Of a stretch of DNA of 32,000 bases, positions 25,107 to 32,000 are shown one piece after another. The notes under the pieces were generated by a model, which had not been told where the DNA came from, ran no database searches, and saw only the letters and a list, made by a program, of their open reading frames with translations. This DNA comes from an uncultured Bacteroides sp. (lineage in GTDB: Bacteria; Bacteroidota; Bacteroidia; Bacteroidales; Bacteroidaceae): contig NZ_CAXXOT010000004.1 in NCBI RefSeq assembly GCF_963678425.2, positions 1,537,978 through 1,569,977 of the forward strand, written 5' to 3'. Numbering within the stretch: the first letter of the stretch is position 1; every line of letters starts with the position of its first letter. The translations under genes and the position numbers were made by a program.

Positions 25107-26609
25107 ATGAACAGTCAATTAGAAATGAATTCCAATGCATTGGTGAAGTTTCTTCAAAAACTTCCGGCAGAATTTACCAAAGCAGATATTATATCTTTCA
25201 TTAAAGAAAATGAAATACACATGATCAATTTCATGTACCCTGCAGACGATGGTCGGCTAAAGACTCTAAACTTTGTTATCAACGATGCTGCCTATCTGAA
25301 TGCCATACTAACCTGCGGTGAACGTGTGGACGGTTCCAGTCTCTTTTCTTTTATTGAAGCAGGAAGCAGTGACTTGTACACCATTCCCCGCTTTCGGACT
25401 GCTTTTGTTGATCCATTCGCAGAGATCCCCACATTAACGATGCTTTGCTCTTTCTTCAATAAAGATGGAGATCCACTCGAAAGCTCGCCAGAATACACCT
25501 TACACAAAGCCTGTGAAGTCTTTACTACAGTTACAGGAATGCAGTTTGAAGCAATGGGCGAACTGGAGTATTACATTATTGCACCCGACAATGGATTGTT
25601 CCCCGCAACAGATCAGCACGGATATCACGAATCGGGGCCATATGACAAGTTCAATCAGTTCCGTACTCAGTGTATGAAATACATTGCCCAAGCCAACGGA
25701 AAAATTAAATACGGACACTCTGAAGTGGGTAATTTTACCAAGGATGGATTAATTTACGAACAAAACGAGATTGAATTCCTGCCTACAAAAGCAGAAGATG
25801 CAGCCGATCAGTTGATGATAGCCAAATGGGTAATCCGCAATTTAGCCTGTCAATATGGATATAATATAACTTTTGCCCCGAAAATCACCGCTGGAAAAGC
25901 GGGGTCCGGATTACACATTCATATGCGTATGACTAAAGACGGAAGGAATCAAATGCTGGAGAACGGTGTTTTGTCAAACACTGCACGCAAAGCCATAGCC
26001 GGAATGATGTGTCTGGCTCCTTCCATTACAGCTTTTGGAAATACCACTCCTACTTCTTACTTCCGACTGGTTCCACATCAGGAAGCACCTACCAACATTT
26101 GCTGGGGCGATCGCAACCGTTCTGTGCTGGTCCGCGTACCTTTGGGATGGTCGGCAAAGAAAGACATGTGTACCTTAGCCAATCCTCTGGAAGCTCCCAG
26201 CAATTACGATACTACACAGAAGCAGACCGTAGAGATGCGCTCGCCAGATGGTTCTGCCGATATTTATCAGCTATTGGCCAGTCTGGCTGTTGCCTGTCGC
26301 CATGGTTTTGAAATAGAGGATGCTCTGAACATAGCCAAGAAAACTTATGTAAACGTAGATATTCACCGAACAGAGAATCAGGAACAGCTAAAAAATCTGG
26401 AACAGCTGCCCGACAGTTGTTGTGCTTCAGCCGACTGCTTGCAGCAACAACGTGCTTTCTACGAACTCTACAATGTATTTAGTCCAAGTATGATTGATGG
26501 CGTTATCAGCAAACTGAAAGCTTACAACGATATCAATTTACGGAAGGAATTACAGAACAAACCTATGAAGATGAAAGAAGTTGTGGATACTTACTTCCAT
26601 TGTGGATAA
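25107..26609 (+). CDS. glnA: Glutamine synthetase (about 500-aa type I-like form)
   Basis: Start set at the ATG at 25107 (MNSQLEM...). Motifs KAGSGLHIHM, EFLPT and NRSVLVRVP correspond to the GS catalytic domain. Confidence 0.8.
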   Translation: MNSQLEMNSNALVKFLQKLPAEFTKADIISFIKENEIHMINFMYPADDGRLKTLNFVINDAAYLNAILTCGERVDGSSLFSFIEAGSSDLYTIPRFRTAFVDPFAEIPTLTMLCSFFNKDGDPLESSPEYTLHKACEVFTTVTGMQFEAMGELEYYIIAPDNGLFPATDQHGYHESGPYDKFNQFRTQCMKYIAQANGKIKYGHSEVGNFTKDGLIYEQNEIEFLPTKAEDAADQLMIAKWVIRNLACQYGYNITFAPKITAGKAGSGLHIHMRMTKDGRNQMLENGVLSNTARKAIAGMMCLAPSITAFGNTTPTSYFRLVPHQEAPTNICWGDRNRSVLVRVPLGWSAKKDMCTLANPLEAPSNYDTTQKQTVEMRSPDGSADIYQLLASLAVACRHGFEIEDALNIAKKTYVNVDIHRTENQEQLKNLEQLPDSCCASADCLQQQRAFYELYNVFSPSMIDGVISKLKAYNDINLRKELQNKPMKMKEVVDTYFHCG

Positions 26610-26776
26610 AAATTATTAATGAAATTATGCGATCTTAAATCGAAAAAGTAAAACAATATCAGAATTGTTCTTTTTGCACATAATAGTATAAATTATATTA
26701 AAAGTAAATTATTGATAAGATTTTATTATAACAAATTTATATATCTTTAGAGGCAAATATTATCTGATAAACTAAA

Positions 26777-28294
26777 ATGCATATGAAAAAGATTTTTATT
26801 GTATTATGTATCTTCAGTTTGTGGACATACAATGCCTGCTCACAAAAAGTCTTAAAAAGTTTTCCATTCAACATTAATGGCACACTTAAAAAAGACTATG
26901 AAGAATATAAGGCCGGAACTCCTGTCAACTTATGTAGCTTTGTCATGCTTGAAAGAACTCCAGATAACGAAAACTTCTGCGTTGGCATTTCAATAAATCA
27001 CATCCAGATAGTAGTACCTTACAGCCAGTTGGATATACTCAATCTGGAACCTACAGAGAATAATTCGTTCTGGGAATATAAAGCCTTGCAAAACGATTTA
27101 TATAAAAGGTTCATAGACAAGGGATATCAGTATAACCTTCGACAAGATTTAAGAGAAGAATCTGCTGACTATATCAGAAAACTTAGCAAAGAACGTTTAT
27201 TATATGAAGATTCATATATTGAAGATTATGTAAACTCAATCTTTGCTTCTGTTATTTATCAGAATTTCAACGATAAAAGAACTGAAAGCCTTAAAGTATA
27301 TATACTGAAATCACCAAATCCGGATAGTTACATGCAACCGGACGGTTCACTGATTGTTACCACCGGGCTGCTCTCTGTTTTGGATTCGGAAGAAGAACTA
27401 ACAGCGATCATTGCATCCGAAGTGGCTCACCACGTATTAGATCACGCAGTAATTAACGTAAACAAGGAAATCTCCCGCGAAAGAGCTGCAGCTTTCTGGG
27501 GAAGTGTTGCTGCAGGTGTTTTGCAGGCTGGCGAAGAATATCTTATGGATAAAAGTCAATATTATGTTCCGGGAACAGCCACTGTTGCTGTAACACTTGT
27601 ATCGGCAGCTATTGCTGAAAAGATGAGCAAAAGAATGGGAATGTCCTACAGCCGTTCGCAGGAAAAGATAGCCGACCGCTGTGCCATGGAGTTTCTTAGT
27701 ATGAAAAAAATGGATCCTTCTGCGCTACCTTCCGCTCTTAGCAAAATAAAAAAATATTTTCTAGATCATAAGGACTATTACACTCTATCTAAATATGGAA
27801 CTTATGCTGAATTCGACAAGCGTATTAATCGTCTGGGAGAATATCATGAATTCTCAAGCCACTCTTACCAGAAAGCAATTTCAAGTGTGAATACATTTAA
27901 TGCAATTATACAGATTGACGGCAAACATTACGCTGAAGCCGCTGCTCTTGTTCAGAAGAATGTAGACCAGAAAGTGGCAACAGATGGTGATCTTGTAATT
28001 CTTGCTAAGACAAATATGGGAATGTATAACACTGAAGAAAAGAACCAAGAGAGTCTTTCATTGATTCAGCAAGCCAAATCAATAGCCGGAGCGCCGAATC
28101 TGAATACTGATAAACAGGAAATTCTGGCACTGCTGAGACTAAAAAAACAATCGAAAGCTGCTTCTGCTCTTCAGGAATACATTGATCATCTTACTGGTTT
28201 TCAGGAACAAACACGTAATACCGAAGATATTACATGGGCATCCAGTGAAATAACTTGGGCAAAAGATCTATTGCAAAGAGTAAATATTATGTAA
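26777..28294 (+). CDS. M48-family-like lipoprotein with a degenerate zinc motif (SEVAH in place of HExxH) and a helical repeat C-terminal domain
   Basis: 505 aa. Signal/lipobox WTYNAC|SQ. EELTAIIASEVAHHVLDH aligns by eye with the M48 consensus ..AHE..H....H. YSRSQEKIADRCAMEFL matches the downstream SR..E.EAD block. Confidence 0.7.
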   Translation: MHMKKIFIVLCIFSLWTYNACSQKVLKSFPFNINGTLKKDYEEYKAGTPVNLCSFVMLERTPDNENFCVGISINHIQIVVPYSQLDILNLEPTENNSFWEYKALQNDLYKRFIDKGYQYNLRQDLREESADYIRKLSKERLLYEDSYIEDYVNSIFASVIYQNFNDKRTESLKVYILKSPNPDSYMQPDGSLIVTTGLLSVLDSEEELTAIIASEVAHHVLDHAVINVNKEISRERAAAFWGSVAAGVLQAGEEYLMDKSQYYVPGTATVAVTLVSAAIAEKMSKRMGMSYSRSQEKIADRCAMEFLSMKKMDPSALPSALSKIKKYFLDHKDYYTLSKYGTYAEFDKRINRLGEYHEFSSHSYQKAISSVNTFNAIIQIDGKHYAEAAALVQKNVDQKVATDGDLVILAKTNMGMYNTEEKNQESLSLIQQAKSIAGAPNLNTDKQEILALLRLKKQSKAASALQEYIDHLTGFQEQTRNTEDITWASSEITWAKDLLQRVNIM

Positions 28295-28320
28295 TAAGAA
28301 GCTATTTATCACTTTTATAA

Positions 28321-28365
28321 AAAGAGAGTCTGCATGTTTCAAGAACAAACAGACGCTCTTTTTTA
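28321..28365. terminator. Bidirectional hairpin terminator between convergent genes
   Basis: AAAGAGAGTCTG pairs with CAGACGCTCTTT (one mismatch). T-run follows; A-run precedes. Confidence 0.6.
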
Positions 28366-28383
28366 TATGCAATAAAGCTTTAT

Positions 28384-29835
28384 CTACTTATTTCTAATAA
28401 GTGTAATTCGCTGGTCAATTGCTTTTGGCAACTCATTTTCATAGTGAGTTACATATATAATTGTTTTATCTTTCCTTTCACTAAAAGCTTCAACTATAGC
28501 CTTTACCCTTCTACGGTTAAATGTATCCAATCCATGAAGAGGTTCATCCAATATAAGGAGTTCAGGGTCTTTCACAAAAGCACGGGCTAAAAGAACAAGA
28601 CGTTGTTCGCCGGAAGATATTTGTAGGAACGGACGATCTTTAAGGTCAAGAATGCCGAATATATCCATCCACCACTCACAAACAGACATTTGCTCGGGGC
28701 GTGGTTTCTTATATAATCCGATTGAGTCGTGCAATCCGGAAGCTACAATATCTATCGTTGGCAGATTCTTCAGGTAAGCACGGTGCATTTCCGGAGAAAC
28801 ATAGCCAATATGCTTTTTGATCTCCCAGATACTTTCACCCGATCCACGTTTTCTACCGAAAAGACTGATATCACAAGCGTAAGACTGTGGATTATCTGCA
28901 CACACCAAACTTAGTAAGGTTGATTTTCCTGCTCCGTTCTCACCCGAAAGAGCCCATTTCTGTCCACGAAGAATGGTCCAATCCAGTTCTTTCAGGATAG
29001 TACGGTTACCATAACGGATAGATACTTTATTCAATTTAACCACTTCTTCCGAATCGAAAAGCTGATCACCGTATTCCAGATCAATAATGCCTTGTTTCAT
29101 TTCCTCAGACAGTGCCGGAGTTGTGCTGGGTATGTATTCATTAAAATACTCTTCACGAGTAACCTTTTTTCCGCATGTGCGTTTCTTGACAGGCAGTACA
29201 TGAGTAATAAAATCGGGGATATCATCGAGCATGGAGAGTACCAGAATAATTTGCAGGGAAGATCTTGAGGTGAGTCTTTGCAACACGTCATGCAATAAAT
29301 CACGGGTCTTTGCATCCAGTCCGATAAACGGGTTATCCATCACCAGCACCCTTGGGTTAGTGAGTAATGTCTTCGTCAACTGAAACTTACGAAGTTCTCC
29401 ACTGGAAAGAAGAATCAATTTCTTATCCAACATTGGTTCAATGGCAAAGAGTTCAAAAAGTTCATCACGCAGCTGAGTATAGGAAACTTCTCCAAAACCA
29501 TCTTTTACCACCGGAGCATCATCCTGATCGTGCGCATTCCATCTTTGCTGGTAATAGTAATTGGCATCGGCAGCACCGTAGGTATCGCGGAAAGCAATGT
29601 ATTTTATATTATCATAAGCCGTATTTGTAACAGATGGAGAGAAATCATATTTCAGTGTACCTTCCTTCAATGGATATTTACCCAACAAAGTATCTACCAA
29701 TATACTCTTCCCACTTGCGTTGGGACCAACAATTGCCAGGTGTTCCCCAGCTTCCAGATTCATAGTCAAAGGATGAGTAAAGCGATACGCTTCATTACGG
29801 GCAACTCCACCTTCCAAACGAATAATTGATTGCAT
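28384..29835 (-). CDS. Tandem-domain ABC ATPase, ModF-like (no membrane domain)
   Basis: 483 aa with two nucleotide-binding domains. Walker A GPNASGKS and GENGAGKS, signatures LSSGELRK and ISSGEQRL, Walker B LVMDNP and LILDEP. Confidence 0.85.
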   Translation of the reverse strand: MQSIIRLEGGVARNEAYRFTHPLTMNLEAGEHLAIVGPNASGKSILVDTLLGKYPLKEGTLKYDFSPSVTNTAYDNIKYIAFRDTYGAADANYYYQQRWNAHDQDDAPVVKDGFGEVSYTQLRDELFELFAIEPMLDKKLILLSSGELRKFQLTKTLLTNPRVLVMDNPFIGLDAKTRDLLHDVLQRLTSRSSLQIILVLSMLDDIPDFITHVLPVKKRTCGKKVTREEYFNEYIPSTTPALSEEMKQGIIDLEYGDQLFDSEEVVKLNKVSIRYGNRTILKELDWTILRGQKWALSGENGAGKSTLLSLVCADNPQSYACDISLFGRKRGSGESIWEIKKHIGYVSPEMHRAYLKNLPTIDIVASGLHDSIGLYKKPRPEQMSVCEWWMDIFGILDLKDRPFLQISSGEQRLVLLARAFVKDPELLILDEPLHGLDTFNRRRVKAIVEAFSERKDKTIIYVTHYENELPKAIDQRITLIRNK

Positions 29836-29863
29836 TTTGATTCATTTTATTCCAAAAACAGTG

Positions 29864-29871
29864 CAAAAGTA
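29864..29871 (-). promoter_or_regulatory. -7 box for the ModF-like gene
   Basis: Plus strand CAAAAGTA is TACTTTTG on the minus strand, 28 nt upstream of the ATG at 29835. Confidence 0.5.
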
Positions 29872-29964
29872 GTGTTTTATTCTTCAAAAAATATAAATAT
29901 AGTCAGATAATAAAAGAAAGAAAATATTTTCTTACAGATTAGGTATATTAATCTCTTTTTTATG

Positions 29965-29972
29965 TACGTTTG
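29965..29972 (+). promoter_or_regulatory. -7 box (TACGTTTG) for the tricorn-like protease gene
   Basis: TAnnTTTG match 47 nt upstream of the ATG at 30020. Confidence 0.5.
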
Positions 29973-30019
29973 TATTATGGTATTTAATTTATATTACAAC
30001 TATTATTAAAATAGAGTTT

Positions 30020-32000
30020 ATGATTAAAAGATTCTTCTTAGGTATTTTGATTCTTTCAGCTACACTGACTGTTAGCGCGAAAGAAGGCAGACTGCTGCGA
30101 TTTCCAAACATTCACGGCGATAATATCGTTTTCTCCTATGCGGGAGATCTTTATTCTGTGAACAAACAAGGAGGAACAGCGCGTAAATTAACATCGAACA
30201 TCGGTTATGAGATGTTCCCACATTTTTCGCCGGACGATAAACAAATTGCTTTTACCGGACAGTATGACGGAAACACGGAAGTATTTGTAATGCCTGCAGA
30301 GGGCGGAGAGCCAAAACGACTTACCTATACCGCCACCTTGGGTCGTGATGATCTTGGTGACCGGATGGGTCCCAACAACATTGTGATGGACTGGACCCGA
30401 GACGGAAAAAGTGTTTTATTCCGTACCCGTCAGAATACTTTCAATGACTTTACCGGTCAGTTGCTCACTGTTCCCGTTGACGGAGGTGTACCTGCAGAGA
30501 TTCCTTTGAAGAATGGAGGATTCTCCACTTATTCACCAGACGGAAAACAATTAGCATATAACTATGTGTTTCGGGAATTCCGTACCTGGAAAAGGTATCA
30601 GGGAGGAATGGCAGATGATATCCGCATCTTCGATTTTAAGACCAAAGAATCAAAGAAAATCACTAACCATGTGAGACAGGATGTTTTCCCTATGTGGAAC
30701 CAAAACGGAGATGAGATTTATTTCCTTTCCGATCGCGACGATGTGATGAACCTTTATGTTTATCAGCTTTCCACTCAGCAAACCAGGCAGCTTACCTTTT
30801 ACAAAGATTATGATATTAAGTTTCCATCCATTGGTGGTGACCAGATTGTGTACGAATATGGCGGTTACATCTACCTTTTCGATACAAAAAATAAAACAGC
30901 AAGCAAAATAACAGTCGAGATTAATAACGATCAGGAATATTCACGTCCCGAATGGAAAGACGTAAGCACACAGATTTCCTCTTACAGTGTGGCGCCTAAT
31001 GGCGAACGGGTACTCCTTACAGCTCGTGGAGATGTATTCTCTCTTCCCGGCAAAGAAGGGATTACCTATAATCTCACCAACTCATCGGATGCTAATGATC
31101 AGAATGCACTTTGGTCTCCTGATGGCAAACAGCTCTCCTACGTTTCCGATAAGGATGGCGAATTCCGCATCTACGTGCGCAATGCTGTTACAGGTGAAGA
31201 GAAAGTTGTAACCAAAGATATCAAGACCTATATTATTGATTATTCATGGTCACCCAATTCTCAGAAAATTCTTTGGAGTGATAAGAGAAATACGCTCAAC
31301 ATTACCGACATAGCTACAGGAAAAACAACCTTGGTTGAACAATCGGGAGTATATCTCTTTGATAGTTTCAACTGGTCGCCTGACAGCAGGTTTATCACTT
31401 ACACTCGTCCAGAAAAAACGATGAGTAACGTTGTTGTTTATGAAGTAGCAACGGGAGTAAAACACCTCATTACGGACGGATGGTTCGATTCTGGTTCATC
31501 AAACTTCAGTTCAGATGGCAAATACCTGATATTCCAATCGGCACGTACATTCAACCCCACTTACGGACAAACAGAATGGAATCATGTTTATACTAACATG
31601 AATAAAGTATATATTCTTCCTATTACCAAAGATGCCAAGACACCATTTGCGCCGGTCAATGATATGATTGGCCAGACTGCTGCACCAAAAGAGAGCATTC
31701 CAAAGAAAGAAGGTAAAGGGAAAAAGAATGCTACACAAAAAGAAGAAATTACGAATTATAATTTTGAAAATATCGACAATCGCGTAGTTGAATTACCTAT
31801 TCAGGCTAGTAATTACCAGAATCTTCACATGGTGGGACAAAAGGTTTACTATCTTCGCGGAGGAAGTACGTTTATTTATGATCTAGAGAAAAAGGCAGAA
31901 TCAGACTTGGGCGCATATATTGTTTTTAGCAACGGAAACAAAAAAGCACTTGCCATTAAAGATCAGAAGATACAGGTGATTGATATTCCTACTGCTGCTG
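30020..32000 (+). CDS. Tricorn-protease-homologue / S41-family peptidase, 5' partial (continues past the window end)
   Basis: Not in the ORF track because no stop is reached. Hand translation from the ATG at 30020: MIKRFFLGILILSATLTVSAKEGRLLRFPNIHGDNIVFSYAGDLYSV...FSPDDKQIAFTGQYDG...WSPDGKQLSYVSDKDGEFRIY...WSPDSRFITY. These are repeated beta-propeller WSPDG blades typical of tricorn homologues. I translated the first ~70 codons and 30962-32000 and found them open; 30230-30961 was not translated. Confidence 0.85.
   Translation, partial: MIKRFFLGILILSATLTVSAKEGRLLRFPNIHGDNIVFSYAGDLYSVNKQGGTARKLTSNIGYEMFPHFSPDDKQIAFTGQYDGNTEVFVMPAEGGEPKRLTYTATLGRDDLGDRMGPNNIVMDWTRDGKSVLFRTRQNTFNDFTGQLLTVPVDGGVPAEIPLKNGGFSTYSPDGKQLAYNYVFREFRTWKRYQGGMADDIRIFDFKTKESKKITNHVRQDVFPMWNQNGDEIYFLSDRDDVMNLYVYQLSTQQTRQLTFYKDYDIKFPSIGGDQIVYEYGGYIYLFDTKNKTASKITVEINNDQEYSRPEWKDVSTQISSYSVAPNGERVLLTARGDVFSLPGKEGITYNLTNSSDANDQNALWSPDGKQLSYVSDKDGEFRIYVRNAVTGEEKVVTKDIKTYIIDYSWSPNSQKILWSDKRNTLNITDIATGKTTLVEQSGVYLFDSFNWSPDSRFITYTRPEKTMSNVVVYEVATGVKHLITDGWFDSGSSNFSSDGKYLIFQSARTFNPTYGQTEWNHVYTNMNKVYILPITKDAKTPFAPVNDMIGQTAAPKESIPKKEGKGKKNATQKEEITNYNFENIDNRVVELPIQASNYQNLHMVGQKVYYLRGGSTFIYDLEKKAESDLGAYIVFSNGNKKALAIKDQKIQVIDIPTAA

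Noticed and set aside
28384-29835. The tandem ABC ATPase has no adjacent permease or binding-protein gene, so I considered it as a possible novel orphan system.
   Set aside because: Soluble two-NBD ABC proteins of the ModF type are typically encoded without membrane partners. Nothing in the sequence marks it as unusual.

Overview
The window looks like a Bacteroides/Bacteroidales-type chromosomal segment. Supporting signs are TAnnTTTG -7 boxes in front of most genes, a fused FeoA-FeoB, many secreted glycoside hydrolases and lipoproteins, and no Shine-Dalgarno signals. Most of it is ordinary housekeeping or glycan-utilisation coding sequence. From left to right: a disrupted GH97-like gene, an SGNH esterase, a GH78 alpha-L-rhamnosidase, guaA, an ECF sigma factor with a small membrane partner, an AT-rich hypothetical membrane protein, a GH31 hydrolase, a lipoprotein, a nitronate-monooxygenase/FabK-like flavoenzyme and an ABM monooxygenase. 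Next comes a tightly packed 7-gene arsenic cluster (arsR, Trx-fold protein, CxxC lipoprotein, CcdA/DsbD-like membrane protein, ArsP-like permease, arsC, acr3). After that: tilS plus a secreted hypothetical, feoAB plus a Cys-rich small membrane protein, tRNA-Cys(GCA), a complete ISL3-like insertion sequence (24-bp IRs, 8-bp target duplication, transposase split by a frameshift), an RRM RNA-binding protein, a ~500-aa glutamine synthetase, an M48-like protein with a degenerate zinc motif, a ModF-like tandem ABC ATPase, and the first ~660 codons of a tricorn-type protease that runs off the right edge and is absent from the ORF track. I found no convincing novel multi-gene system such as a defence island, CRISPR array or toxin system. 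The least explained signals are non-coding. One is five exactly phased 21-bp direct repeats abutting the guaA promoter. The other is four exactly phased 23-bp units, each carrying a CCCGGG-centred 18-bp palindrome, just downstream of the ars cluster. All family assignments come from motif and sequence recognition by eye; no searches were run.
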